A DNA stretch of 64,000 nucleotides from an uncultured Planctomycetales bacterium (GTDB lineage Bacteria > Omnitrophota > Gorgyraeia > Zapsychrales > JAHFFX01). The notes beneath the pieces are model-generated. The model saw only the letters and a program-made list of their open reading frames with translations, searched no databases and was not told the origin of the DNA. Numbering within the stretch: the stretch's first letter is position 1; every line of letters begins with the position of its first letter. The position numbers were made by a program, and so were the translations under genes. Positions 29,603-39,549 of this stretch are shown here, piece after piece. The DNA lies in assembly GCA_964612665.1 (NCBI GenBank), contig CAZTCI010000001.1, forward strand, positions 316,896-380,895, written 5' to 3'.

Positions 29603-30586
29603 TTACAATGTCCGAACTACAAACACCTGAGGATAAACTTTTTTTAGCATCTCCTTAAGCTCGTCGGCTTGACGCTTATCTTGTGTTAAACCAAAAATAG
29701 CCGGCCCACTTCCAGAGAATGCAACTCCTTTAACATTCAGCTGTTTCAGTTCCTTTTTAAGTGTTTGTAAATCTGGACATAATCGGATTATGGCTCTTTC
29801 CAGATCGTTTCGGAGCAGATTACCAATGGTTGAAAAATCTTTTTGTCTTAAAGAGCGAGTTAAAATATTAACATCAGAGTTTGGCTTTGTCAACCCTTCG
29901 TTTACGCCTATGCCGCTTAATGGATTCTCGACGGTAATTGAGTCTTCCGAAAGGGTATTTACTGGTAGAAACTCGGTTATATTTTTGTTATTTCCTTCCT
30001 GTTTCCTCTCAAGCTCTGATGACCACTGCAAATTCTCAAAAACATCCTTAGCATAAAGTTTAACCGGCGCTACAACCAAGACATGCCAGAGTTGTGTGTC
30101 AATTTCTAACTTCTCTAATATCTCTCCGCGGCCTTGTCCCCAGGCCCAACTCGTCTGATAAAGGAAAAATGGGACATCACTACCTACCTGACTAGCATAA
30201 TGCAATAATTCTTCGAAAGAAAGTTCTAATTTCCAGATTTGATTAAGCGTTAAGAGCGTTGTGGCCGCATTGCTTGAACCACCGCCTAAGCCAGCCGCCA
30301 CTGGAATGCGTTTTTCGATAACAACGTCAACGCCTTCATCTAAAGCAAAATCATCTTTTAAAAGTTTGGCGACTTTATAAACTAAATTGCGTTGATCGGT
30401 CGGCACATCTGGATGATTACAGTCGATGTGAATCGTACCTTTTTTATTCAAGGAAAATTCAAGTTCATCACACAGATCAATACGCTCGAAAAGCGTTGAA
30501 AGATTATGATAACCGTCGGGTCTTTTATTGATGACTTTGAGAAAAAGATTTAATTTGGCGGGTGATAATAGGGTAAGACGTTTCAT
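29603..30586 (-). CDS. ispE: 4-diphosphocytidyl-2-C-methyl-D-erythritol kinase IspE (GHMP kinase)
   Basis: N-terminal APAKLNLFLKVI motif and GHMP ATP-binding loop (PVAAGLGGGSSNAA). It is about 40 aa longer than typical IspE because of an insertion near the C-terminal domain. Confidence 0.85.
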   Translation of the reverse strand: MKRLTLLSPAKLNLFLKVINKRPDGYHNLSTLFERIDLCDELEFSLNKKGTIHIDCNHPDVPTDQRNLVYKVAKLLKDDFALDEGVDVVIEKRIPVAAGLGGGSSNAATTLLTLNQIWKLELSFEELLHYASQVGSDVPFFLYQTSWAWGQGRGEILEKLEIDTQLWHVLVVAPVKLYAKDVFENLQWSSELERKQEGNNKNITEFLPVNTLSEDSITVENPLSGIGVNEGLTKPNSDVNILTRSLRQKDFSTIGNLLRNDLERAIIRLCPDLQTLKKELKQLNVKGVAFSGSGPAIFGLTQDKRQADELKEMLKKVYPQVFVVRTL

Positions 30587-30692
30587 GAACAGACTGGGAA
30601 GATTTTGCTAGGGGCTTCTCCTGCGATCAATTTTATTCGCCGGCAGGAGAAGCCCGTCTGGAAAATCAATGAACACTTTCTCATCCTAAAAA

Positions 30693-31721
30693 TTAACGGA
30701 TATTATGACTGGATAAAATTTCTTTTGGACTCTTTTCTGGGTGGTCGAGATCATCCAACTTTTTAATGATTTGACTTTGCCCGGGCGAAAGATCCAGCGC
30801 GAGTTTCCAATACTTCTTCGCTTTTTCAACTTCATGCATCTTAAAATAAACGTCACCCAAATGATCATAGATAACGGGATCTTTCATAACACTATCTGCT
30901 TTCAAAAGAGTTTCCAAAGCTTGCGAGTACATTGCTTTTTTGTAATAAACCCAGCCCATGCTATCAAGATATGCCCCATTGTCAGGACTGATTTCTAAGG
31001 CACGCTTAATCAAACTTAAAGCTTCGTCCAAATGCTCACCATCTTCCGCATACATATAAGCTAAAGAATTTAAACTACCCTCATGCATTGGATCAACTTC
31101 AATCGCTTTTTTAAAATAACTGGCTGCCTGTGAACGATCCCCTAATTCAAGGTAAAGCGAACCCAACAAATAAATGACATCCGCATTTTGCGGCTGCATG
31201 GCAAAAACTTTTTTATATTGTTCAATGGCTTTGTTAAATTTACCTTGAGAATAATAAAGCTGTCCTAAATACGTGTAAATTTCCACATTATCAGGTTGGG
31301 CTTCAGAGAAATGTTTGAGGATTAATTCGTATTCGGCAGCGGCCTTATCAAAATCTTTTTGGGAAGAATAAACCAAAGCTAACAAGTAGCGGGATTGAAC
31401 ATCTTGCGGGTTTAGGTTTGACGCTAATTTAAGTACATTGATGGCTTCGGTTAATTTTCCGACGCGTGCATAATCCATACCTAAATGTAACTGGATAACG
31501 TAATTTTGAGAATCCAATTGAGCGGCTTTTTGATATTCCGACAGCGCTTCTTCGGTCAATCCATTTAAATCATTTACAACACCCATCGTATAATGAGAAA
31601 TACTTTGGGCCAGATTGATTTGATCTTGACTTGCCCATGAAGGCTTTGTAAATCCGATTAATAAAATGAGAAGGACAAGGATGCATCCATTTTTAATATC
31701 TTCGAATCGCGTGTTTAACAT
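30693..31721 (-). CDS. tetratricopeptide-repeat lipoprotein or secreted protein
   Basis: Signal peptide followed by about 8 TPR units (repeating W-LG-Y-A-F-P patterns). Confidence 0.7.
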   Translation of the reverse strand: MLNTRFEDIKNGCILVLLILLIGFTKPSWASQDQINLAQSISHYTMGVVNDLNGLTEEALSEYQKAAQLDSQNYVIQLHLGMDYARVGKLTEAINVLKLASNLNPQDVQSRYLLALVYSSQKDFDKAAAEYELILKHFSEAQPDNVEIYTYLGQLYYSQGKFNKAIEQYKKVFAMQPQNADVIYLLGSLYLELGDRSQAASYFKKAIEVDPMHEGSLNSLAYMYAEDGEHLDEALSLIKRALEISPDNGAYLDSMGWVYYKKAMYSQALETLLKADSVMKDPVIYDHLGDVYFKMHEVEKAKKYWKLALDLSPGQSQIIKKLDDLDHPEKSPKEILSSHNIR

Positions 31722-31825
31722 CGATGATGCCTCACCTTCATTGCATAGAAACTGTAGGACAGTTAATTTTTAGGAATCTTTATTTTCTAAACTGACGCTA
31801 CTGATATTCTACATTAAAATACTTA

Positions 31826-31927
31826 TTAGACCCAATCACGTTTTTTCAAATGCCGAAGCATTTTGCGAAGCTTTTTACGCTTGTGGGTTCGAATCTTGCG
31901 CAATTTTCTTTTACGTCCGCATGGCAT
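31826..31927 (-). CDS. very basic 33-aa peptide, possibly a bS22-like ribosomal protein
   Basis: Minus-strand ORF MPCGRKRKLRKIRTHKRKKLRKMLRHLKKRDWV in the 230-nt gap between hisG and the TPR gene. Its composition resembles the Lys/Arg-rich bS22 family (KRRKRM.KKKHRKLL.RTR). It is too short to appear in the ORF track. Confidence 0.3.
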   Translation of the reverse strand: MPCGRKRKLRKIRTHKRKKLRKMLRHLKKRDWV

Positions 31928-31952
31928 AATTCAATTGTCCTTCTTTCGTCAG

Positions 31953-32825
31953 TTAGTAAATAAGTTTGTTCAATGCGTATTCAATAATTCCCTGCGCGCC
32001 GGCCGCTTTGAGCTGTGGAATTAACCGCCGAACAACTCCTTCTTCAATCACTGTTTCAACGGCTACCCAATCCGGCTGACTAAGGGAAGATATCGTCGGA
32101 TTTTTGAGAGATGACAGTTGCTTAAGAAGCTTATCTAAATTCTTTTTCTCTACATTCATTTTAAGACCGACCATATTGGTCGCATCAATAGCGCCTTTCA
32201 GGAGAAGTACTAGCTGGTCCATTTTGTCTTTTTTCCAGCGATCCTGACAGGCCTTTTTATTTGCAATGAATTGAGTTGTAGATTCACAAATCGTTGAAAC
32301 GATACGCAACTTATGCGCCTTCAAACTGCTTCCGGTTTCCGTCAATTCAACGACGGCATCAACTAATCCTGAGGCGACTTTAGCTTCTGTCGCGCCCCAG
32401 GAAAATTCAACGTCGGCTTTGACCTTATTACTTTTCAAATAATTTTTGGTTACGGTCACTAATTCGGTTGCAATTCTTTTTCCTTCCAAATCTTTAACCG
32501 ATTGAATATTGGACGCCTCTGGAACGGCCAGCACCCAACGTACTTTAACCGCACTTTGCTTTGCATAAACCAAATCCGCCAGCGATGTGACGTTGGATTC
32601 ATTCTCCAACGTCCAGTCCGCGCCTGTAATCCCACAATCAAGTGCACCATCCTCGACGTATTTTGACATTTCTTGGGCGCGTAGCAGCATGGGTTCAATT
32701 TCAGCATCATCAATGGTAGGAAAATAGGAACGGCTCGAAACGTATACTTTAAAACCTGCTCTTTCAAAGACCTTAATTGTTGCTTCTTGCAGACTGCCCT
32801 TCGGTAATCCCAACTTAAGCTTATT
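31953..32825 (-). CDS. hisG: ATP phosphoribosyltransferase, long form
   Basis: HisG catalytic domains ([12 protein letters not shown]...) plus a C-terminal regulatory domain. The start is set at the internal Met (MNKLKLGL). Confidence 0.85.
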   Translation of the reverse strand, partial: NKLKLGLPKGSLQEATIKVFERAGFKVYVSSRSYFPTIDDAEIEPMLLRAQEMSKYVEDGALDCGITGADWTLENESNVTSLADLVYAKQSAVKVRWVLAVPEASNIQSVKDLEGKRIATELVTVTKNYLKSNKVKADVEFSWGATEAKVASGLVDAVVELTETGSSLKAHKLRIVSTICESTTQFIANKKACQDRWKKDKMDQLVLLLKGAIDATNMVGLKMNVEKKNLDKLLKQLSSLKNPTISSLSQPDWVAVETVIEEGVVRRLIPQLKAAGAQGIIEYALNKLIY

Positions 32826-33018
32826 CATTGAACATAATCCTTCTCTTAAAGTATACCTGAAATAAAGATTATTTGACAAACTTAGCGCTTTGCTTTTTAA
32901 ACAAGTAAAATACTAGGTGCGCATTATAATGTTGGCCTTATCAGTTGTAAAGTAATTTCCTTGTCAAAGCCTCAGACGATCGTTATAATTGGGAAAATTT
33001 TGTTCAAAGGAGAGGTTC

Positions 33019-34512
33019 ATGCTTAAGCTTATACGCAAAAAAGGCTTTATTAAAAAAGTTTTATGGGTCTTGGCGTTTGTTATTATCATTTCATTCACAT
33101 TCTGGGGTACCATGACCCGCTTTGATACAGGAAGCGACAGCCGATTAGACTACGCCGGCAAAATATTTAACCGAAAAATTTCCTTTAGTGAATTTGAAGA
33201 CGCTTATCTCCAAACCCGTAACCGAGCTATCCTTCGTTATGGGGATGAATTCCCCAAAATTAGCCACCTTCTTAATCTCGATATGGAAACTTGGGATTGG
33301 CTTATTTTACAGCACGAAGTTCGACGCCGTCATATTCATGTCAATGACACTGACGTTATCACCTATATTCAAAAGCTTCCTTTCTTTCAAAGAGATGGTA
33401 AATTTGATGACCTTCTCTATAGTGACATTCTCCGTTATTACTTTCAGTGCAAACCCAGGGATTTTGAAGAGGGTATTCGTGCTACGTTAGCATTCGATAA
33501 ACTTATTGAAGAAGAAACCGCAAATATTACTGTTCCTGACCAAGAAGCCTGGGACGCTTATCAAAAAGAAAAAGAAAAAATCCGCATTAATTATGTTCTG
33601 TTTCCGATCGATGATTATAAAAAAGATATCGCCTACGATGATAAAGAAGGCCAAGAATATTTCGCCAAATATAAAACTAACTTCCAAATGCCGGTAATGA
33701 TCAATATCGAATATTTAAATCTGCCTGCCGCCGAAGATATTAAGCCCGAAGACAAAGAAAAATTTAAAGCGAAGATGGACGCGATTTACAACGAATTAAA
33801 AACAAACAATGATCTCAAAGCGGTCGGACAAAAATACGGGCTCGACCTTCAGGAAAGTGGATTCTTTAGCCAGGAACAACCTAACTTAAAAATCGGATTT
33901 TCGTATGAGCTTCTTAAAAAAGCTTTTGAACTCAAATCCAATGAAGTCAGCGCGCCGATGGAAACGACCCAAGGGTATTATATTTTGAAATTAAAAGAGA
34001 GAAAAGAGGCGCATGTCCCGACGTACGATGAAATCAAAGATAAAATCAAAGACGCGCTCATCAGTGTTAAGGCCAAAGAAATTTCTAAAACAAAAGCGGC
34101 GGCGGCATTAACCACTTTGAAAGAAAAATTAACCGCGAATCCGCAAGCGGATTTCACTCAAACGGCCCAAGAGTTGGGTTTTACAACCGCTCAAACACCG
34201 TTTTTCGGGCGCGGAGAATATTTACCGAGTCTAGGCGTGTCAAAAGATTTTCAAGAAATGGCTTTTAAGCTAGACGACAAAAATAAGCTGGGTCAGGATG
34301 TCGTTGATACGGCCAAAGGCTTTTGCATTATTGATCTCGCCGGAAAACAACCCGTCAGTCAAGAAGACTACGCCAAAGAAAAAGATCAATACAAACAAAA
34401 ATTATTAGTGGATAAACGTAACGAGGCTTTTAATGATTTTATGGCGATTTTGAGGATTAAGGCTAACTTGCAGGATAATGTTAGCAAATTAAAAGCGAAG
34501 AAAACTGCGTAA
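33019..34512 (+). CDS. ppiD: periplasmic chaperone PpiD/SurA-like (parvulin-type PPIase family)
   Basis: N-terminal TM anchor (KKVLWVLAFVIIISFTFWG) followed by a SurA-N-like domain and a parvulin-like domain. A Shine-Dalgarno AAAGGAGAGG lies 5 nt upstream of ATG 33019. One of only two plus-strand genes in the window. Confidence 0.7.
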   Translation: MLKLIRKKGFIKKVLWVLAFVIIISFTFWGTMTRFDTGSDSRLDYAGKIFNRKISFSEFEDAYLQTRNRAILRYGDEFPKISHLLNLDMETWDWLILQHEVRRRHIHVNDTDVITYIQKLPFFQRDGKFDDLLYSDILRYYFQCKPRDFEEGIRATLAFDKLIEEETANITVPDQEAWDAYQKEKEKIRINYVLFPIDDYKKDIAYDDKEGQEYFAKYKTNFQMPVMINIEYLNLPAAEDIKPEDKEKFKAKMDAIYNELKTNNDLKAVGQKYGLDLQESGFFSQEQPNLKIGFSYELLKKAFELKSNEVSAPMETTQGYYILKLKERKEAHVPTYDEIKDKIKDALISVKAKEISKTKAAAALTTLKEKLTANPQADFTQTAQELGFTTAQTPFFGRGEYLPSLGVSKDFQEMAFKLDDKNKLGQDVVDTAKGFCIIDLAGKQPVSQEDYAKEKDQYKQKLLVDKRNEAFNDFMAILRIKANLQDNVSKLKAKKTA

Positions 34513-34536
34513 TAAATAAGAGAAGCGCGCTCCTCT

Positions 34537-35067
34537 TTACTTTTTCTTAGTATCTTTCTTAAAAATATTTTCCCAGTCATCTGGCAGTCCATGCTCGACG
34601 TCTAGGACAATTCCTTTTTCATCCAGAAAAACCAGCGTCGGAATTCCAATCAATGAATATGTTTCACTTAGATCATCTTTTTTGTCTAGCAAAACGCTAA
34701 AATTTAATTTATTTTTTTGTAAGAAATTCTTCACCTTGTTTTCTGACTCCCCTAAATCCACCAAAATGATTTTAACGTCCTTATGTTCTATATCCTGATA
34801 AGCTTTTTTGAGGTCTTTAATTTCTTCCCGACAAACTGGACACCAAGTCGCCCAGAAGAAAACAATGGATTTTTTACCATTGCGTACCTGAGTAAGGCTT
34901 TGTTTGTCGCCTTGAGTCGTCGTTAATGTGAACTCGGGTGCGGGTTTTCCAATTAATTCGTTGTCATCGGTCAGAAAAAATTGAGCCTGCGCGTGAGGTG
35001 CGCCGGATAATGTCAATCCCATAAAAAGAACTAAGAAAATACTCAAAATAAACTGCTTTCTATTCAT
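34537..35067 (-). CDS. thiol-disulfide oxidoreductase of the TlpA/ResA family (thioredoxin fold)
   Basis: Signal peptide with a WCPVC active site (FWATWCPVCREE). Confidence 0.8.
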   Translation of the reverse strand: MNRKQFILSIFLVLFMGLTLSGAPHAQAQFFLTDDNELIGKPAPEFTLTTTQGDKQSLTQVRNGKKSIVFFWATWCPVCREEIKDLKKAYQDIEHKDVKIILVDLGESENKVKNFLQKNKLNFSVLLDKKDDLSETYSLIGIPTLVFLDEKGIVLDVEHGLPDDWENIFKKDTKKK

Positions 35068-35741
35068 TCCATTAATCCTCCTGCCTTAAGAAAAAGATAT
35101 TCTGCACCAAGAAGCAAAATTACGCCGCACAGCCGCTTGACCCAAACTAACCACTTGCCTGATTTGGGTAAGTGAACCAAAAGATTACTAAAAGTCCCTA
35201 TCAAAATTAAAGAAGCACCGACCCCATACGAAAAAACAAACAAAAGACTAATCCCTAAGAACATATTTTTCTTGGAAGCCACAAAGGTGAGCAAGCTTCC
35301 TAAAACTGGCGCTGTGCAAGGCCCGACGATAAGTCCGGTTGTTAAACCTAAAACAAAAACCGCCCAGAGATTATTGACCTTAACATTATTTTGAATATTC
35401 AATCCCAGATACGGTAAAGGAATCACATCAAACATTGTTAAAGCAAAGATAAGTAAAATATTTCCAGTCACAAGAAAAGTAATCGGGCTGTTTTGAACGA
35501 AGCCGAAAATTTTTCCGGTAAAAATGGCGACCAACGCCGAAATACAGTACATGACTGCCATTCCTAAAACGTAGATACAAGAAATGACAAATCCGCCGAG
35601 TTTAGAACCTTTAACATTTAACCCGGTAATCGCCGTCGCCGTAATGGGCATCAAAGGATAAACGCATGGTGTAAAGCTGACCAAGACGCCAGCCCAGAAT
35701 GTGCTCAAAAATTGAAAAAGAAGGTTATCGGATAGATTCAT
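35064..35741 (-). CDS. ccdA: cytochrome c-type biogenesis / disulfide-reductant transfer protein CcdA (DsbD transmembrane domain)
   Basis: Six TM segments with conserved Cys in TM1 and TM4 (FTPCVYPLMP...GPCTAPVLG). Overlaps the start of the tlpA-like gene. Confidence 0.85.
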   Translation of the reverse strand: MNLSDNLLFQFLSTFWAGVLVSFTPCVYPLMPITATAITGLNVKGSKLGGFVISCIYVLGMAVMYCISALVAIFTGKIFGFVQNSPITFLVTGNILLIFALTMFDVIPLPYLGLNIQNNVKVNNLWAVFVLGLTTGLIVGPCTAPVLGSLLTFVASKKNMFLGISLLFVFSYGVGASLILIGTFSNLLVHLPKSGKWLVWVKRLCGVILLLGAEYLFLKAGGLME

Positions 35742-36036
35742 TGATCCACTTTAAGTAATCAGGGTTTCCGCCGACAATTGGTAATGCGATTATTTCTGGG
35801 ACAGAATAACTGTGAAAATTTTTGACGACCTTAACTATTTTCGGAAAAAAAGATTTCTTCGTTTTTAAAATTAAGAGCGTTTCTTCTGATTGATCGACTT
35901 TGTTTTGCCACCAAAAAATAGATTGGATTCCCTTGACGATATTGGCGCAGGCAATAAGTTTATCCTCAACAAGTTTCTGGCCAATTTGTTTGGCTTCTTG
36001 ATCATCTTTAGCGGTTATGAAAACAACGATATGCAT
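35725..36036 (-). CDS. cutA: divalent-cation tolerance protein CutA
   Basis: 103 aa CutA1 fold (LIACANIVKGIQSIFWWQNKVDQSEETLLILKT). Confidence 0.85.
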   Translation of the reverse strand: MHIVVFITAKDDQEAKQIGQKLVEDKLIACANIVKGIQSIFWWQNKVDQSEETLLILKTKKSFFPKIVKVVKNFHSYSVPEIIALPIVGGNPDYLKWINESIR

Positions 36037-36094
36037 AATTTGAACTCATTATAACCTGTTGAATTTAATTTGGGAATTTATTGCTCTGTTACGC

Positions 36095-36135
36095 GGGCGC
36101 CCCCGCGGACCGCTTTCCGACGCGCGGGGGCGCCC
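36095..36135 (-). other. extremely GC-rich perfect hairpin between yfiH and cutA
   Basis: 13-bp perfect stem gggcgcccccgcg / cgcgggggcgccc with a 15-nt loop, 100% GC. No U-tract follows on either strand. Confidence 0.4.
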
Positions 36136-36141
36136 GGCGCT

Positions 36142-36873
36142 TTACTCCCCCCGAATCATCATCACCGACAACATCCGCCCAGCTTTCTCTTTATCCCGAC
36201 GGTAAGAAAAATACCGTTCCTCGCAACATGTACACAAATCGCAATCGAAAATATTCTTTTCCAAAACGCCCAAGGCTAACAGCTGATTTTTGTTGGCTAA
36301 CTTTAAATCAAAATAATAACCATCGGCTTTTTTTTGGGTTTCGTTTGGGAAATACGTCAAGAATTCTTGGCCCACTTGATAACAACAGGCACCTATCGCC
36401 GGTCCAAAAATAACTTTCAAATTACTCAGCCAAACCGCATAGCGTCGTCGCATTTGTAAAAGTGTGTTATCTAGAATTTTTTGTTTCGTCCCACGCCAGC
36501 CTGCATGAACCAGCCCAATTGTCTTCGTGTGTGGATCAAATAAAAAAACTGGCAAACAATCCGCTGTACGAACGTTGATAGGCACGTTCAGTTGGTTAGC
36601 AACAAAACCATCCGCTTCGGGAAGTGAACAATTCACTAAGAATTCGCGCGTCACAGCAATCACCCGGTTCCCGTGAACTTGCTTAAAAAAAGGAATTTGA
36701 TCGACGGATACTCCCGCGCCTTCCGCCAAAATTTCCTTTTGACGTTGCGTTAAATTCTTGTTGTCTGGGTCGAACGCAAAATCGCATTGCCGGTCAGTTG
36801 TAAACGCCACCACTCCGGGTTCATTAAAAAATTTATTCAAAGAGAGCATCAGCTTGAGGCATTTTATCTTCAA
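36142..36873 (-). CDS. pgeF: purine nucleoside phosphorylase / peptidoglycan editing factor of the YfiH/PgeF (DUF152) family
   Basis: Conserved His/Cys motifs (QVHGNRV, ADCLPV, HAGWRG). The 5' end overlaps the rmuC 3' end, so the start is uncertain. Confidence 0.8.
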   Translation of the reverse strand: MKIKCLKLMLSLNKFFNEPGVVAFTTDRQCDFAFDPDNKNLTQRQKEILAEGAGVSVDQIPFFKQVHGNRVIAVTREFLVNCSLPEADGFVANQLNVPINVRTADCLPVFLFDPHTKTIGLVHAGWRGTKQKILDNTLLQMRRRYAVWLSNLKVIFGPAIGACCYQVGQEFLTYFPNETQKKADGYYFDLKLANKNQLLALGVLEKNIFDCDLCTCCEERYFSYRRDKEKAGRMLSVMMIRGE

Positions 36874-38179
36874 TTAGTTCTTGAGCGGAACCATTCGCAG
36901 GAAGGTCCTGCACTTTTTCTAATTTCCGTTCAATCGTACGCGATTTACGCGCCGCCGTTTCAATCGTATTGCTGGCTTCTTGTAATTTTTTATGAGTTTT
37001 TTCCAAAATGTCGCCGAAGATATTGAATTCAGTTTTCACAACGCTTAACAAGTTCCAAACTTCACTAGCACGTTTGCGCACCGCAAGCGTACGAAATCCC
37101 ATCTGCAAACTATTCAAGATTGCCGTTACTGTGGTTGGTCCGGCAATCACAACCTTATATTCCCTTTGAATCACTTCGAAGAACCCAGGCCGCCGGAGCA
37201 CTTCCGCATAAAGCCCTTCCGTCGGTAAAAATAATATTCCAAAATCGGTCGTCTGAGGCGGATCCAGATATTTGTCACGGATATTTTTAGCTTCCAGCTT
37301 AATCCGCGTTTCAATGGCCTTGACCGCATCTTCAATCAACGTAATGTTGGCCTGTTCTTGCGCGTCTTGCAAACGCTCATAGTCTTGCGTTGGGAATTTA
37401 GCGTCGATAGGCAAATAAACAACCTGCGTATCATTACCAGGAAGTTTAATCGCAAACTCAACCGCATCGCGGCTGCCTTTTTTCGTCGCGATATTTTTTT
37501 CATATTGTTCCGGCGTCAAAATCTGGTCGAGCAAATTTCCCAATTGAACTTCTCCCCAAATCCCGCGCGTTTTGACGTTGGTTAAAACTTTTTTCAAATC
37601 CCCGACGCCGGAGGCCAGCGTCTGCATCTCACCTAACCCTTGATGAACTTTTTCTAAACGCTCGCTGACCACTTTAAAAGAATCGCCCAACCGTTTTTCC
37701 AATGTCGCGTGAAGTTTTTCATCGACGGTCTCGCGCATTTTTTCTAGTTTGCGGCTGTTATCTTCCTGTAAAGCGCTTAAACGTTCTTCTAAAACCGTGC
37801 GGAGTTTTTCCAGTTTCTGTTCGTTGAGTTGAGTAAGGCTGGTTAATTGTTTGGAAAAAATGTCTAACTGATTTTTTTGGAGGGCGGCGATTTCGGTTAG
37901 GCGTGAGGCTAATGCTTGAGTTAATGTATTAAAATTCTTCGCTGATTCTTCTCGATGTTTTTGGCCGGCTGAAGTCGTCTCTTCGCGGTTCTTAGAAATC
38001 TCTTCGCGCAACAAACGCTCAATCCGTTCTTGATTTTTTTCTAAAACTTTCTCTAAAGATTGAAAATAACTTTCTAATTTTGTTAAATTATCGTCGGATT
38101 TCCGTTTGGATAACAACAAGATAATAAATGCGCTCAAAGCGCATGAAACAATCAGCAAGAAAATTTGGACCACATCCAT
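36833..38179 (-). CDS. rmuC: DNA recombination protein RmuC
   Basis: N-terminal TM segment and long coiled coil, followed by the RmuC C-terminal nuclease-like domain (GILFLPTEGLYAEVLRRPG...VIAGPTT). Confidence 0.8.
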   Translation of the reverse strand: MDVVQIFLLIVSCALSAFIILLLSKRKSDDNLTKLESYFQSLEKVLEKNQERIERLLREEISKNREETTSAGQKHREESAKNFNTLTQALASRLTEIAALQKNQLDIFSKQLTSLTQLNEQKLEKLRTVLEERLSALQEDNSRKLEKMRETVDEKLHATLEKRLGDSFKVVSERLEKVHQGLGEMQTLASGVGDLKKVLTNVKTRGIWGEVQLGNLLDQILTPEQYEKNIATKKGSRDAVEFAIKLPGNDTQVVYLPIDAKFPTQDYERLQDAQEQANITLIEDAVKAIETRIKLEAKNIRDKYLDPPQTTDFGILFLPTEGLYAEVLRRPGFFEVIQREYKVVIAGPTTVTAILNSLQMGFRTLAVRKRASEVWNLLSVVKTEFNIFGDILEKTHKKLQEASNTIETAARKSRTIERKLEKVQDLPANGSAQELIEDKMPQADALFE

Positions 38180-38262
38180 TGCTTTTCCTTTCTTACGAAT
38201 AAATGTCAGGATTATAGCCGTTAATTATTCTTTACGCAACAGCCAAAATCCGAAAACCACAT

Positions 38263-39432
38263 TTATCCTCCCCAACGAATCGCACTTTCCCCGAATTTAT
38301 CCTTAATTTCATCGATCGCCTGATGAACGCCTTCTTTTTTAATTTCAAGCGCATCTTCAAACAGGCTTTCCTTAATATAGGGTTCGGCAAACTGGCTTAA
38401 CCGAACGCCGAGTAAACGGATTTTCATACCTGGTTTGTAAAAGCCGACAAACAATTCTTGGGCTTTGTGATAAATTGTGTTGGTAAAATTCGTTCCTTCC
38501 TTAAAGGTAAAAGCGCGCGTAAACGTTTTAAAACCTTTCAAACGGATTTTGACGCTCAAAGTTTTTCCTTTGAGCTGCGCTTTACGCAGCCGTCGGGAGA
38601 CTTTCTCGCTTAATGCTAAAAACGTTTCTTCTATTTCTTGCCGGTTATCGGTGTCTGTCTCAAAGGTATGTTCATGACTAACGGACTTCGCTTCTGCTTC
38701 GGTCACAATAGGACGGGGATCAATGCCGTGAGACAAATCAAAAAGATGCTGACCGTGTTCTCCGAACTTTTCATAAAGCACATTCAAAGGCCATCGTGCC
38801 AAATCGCCGATCGTTAAAATGCCCAGTTGATTCAAAATCATTTTACTTTTATCGCCCACACCCCAAAGTTTTTCAACCGGCAATGGCTTTAAAAAATTCA
38901 AGACTTCATCTTTTTTAATTTCTAGAACGCCGTCCGGCTTACAATGAGCTGACGCCATCTTCGCAATCATTTTCACAGGCGCTATGCCGACGGAGGCCGT
39001 TAAATTTACTTTCTTTTGAATCGCTTCCTTAATCTTATTCGCCGTGCCATAGGGCGTTTTATAAAAGTGATAACTTCCGGTGACATCTAAAAACGCTTCG
39101 TCAATGCTAATGGGTTCGACATCAGGTGTAAACTGCGCAAGAACTTCAAACACTTCTTCTGAAACGCGGCTGTATTTGGCACCATTAACCGGTAAAAAAA
39201 CCGCATACGGGCACTTGCGATAAGCTATTGCAATGGGCATCGCCGAATGGATGCCGAATTGCCTGGCTTCATAAGAACAAGTCGAAACAACACCCCGGCC
39301 TTGACCACCTTTAGGATCTGCGCCGACAACAACAGGTTTTTTACGTAACGCCGGATTATCGCGTTGTTCCACGGCCGCGAAAAAAGCATCCATATCCACA
39401 TGGATTATCACACGATCTGGTTGATACGTCAT
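38263..39432 (-). CDS. dinB: DNA polymerase IV (Y-family)
   Basis: IIHVDMDAFFAAVEQRDNP catalytic motif, with palm, finger and little-finger domains. Confidence 0.9.
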   Translation of the reverse strand: MTYQPDRVIIHVDMDAFFAAVEQRDNPALRKKPVVVGADPKGGQGRGVVSTCSYEARQFGIHSAMPIAIAYRKCPYAVFLPVNGAKYSRVSEEVFEVLAQFTPDVEPISIDEAFLDVTGSYHFYKTPYGTANKIKEAIQKKVNLTASVGIAPVKMIAKMASAHCKPDGVLEIKKDEVLNFLKPLPVEKLWGVGDKSKMILNQLGILTIGDLARWPLNVLYEKFGEHGQHLFDLSHGIDPRPIVTEAEAKSVSHEHTFETDTDNRQEIEETFLALSEKVSRRLRKAQLKGKTLSVKIRLKGFKTFTRAFTFKEGTNFTNTIYHKAQELFVGFYKPGMKIRLLGVRLSQFAEPYIKESLFEDALEIKKEGVHQAIDEIKDKFGESAIRWGG

Positions 39433-39491
39433 GTAAAGTTAAATCCCGTCGACAAAATAAAAAATTCAGTGAAAAATTTTTAGTTTAGTTA

Positions 39492-39519
39492 TTGATCTCG
39501 CATTATCCATTGATATAAT
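39492..39519 (+). promoter_or_regulatory. sigma70-type promoter for the PilZ-domain gene
   Basis: TTGATC-N16-TGaTATAAT (extended -10). It lies about 30 nt upstream of ATG 39550, which is preceded by the Shine-Dalgarno AAAGGAG. Confidence 0.45.
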
Positions 39520-39549
39520 GTGCCCATACAATTTGAAAAAGGAGTTTCT

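Noticed and set aside
36070-36413. Two overlapping plus-strand ORFs (69 and 110 aa) starting in the GC hairpin and running antisense through pgeF
   Set aside because: The translations are Pro/Arg/Ala-rich with low complexity, driven by the GC-rich hairpin. They are antisense to a conserved gene.
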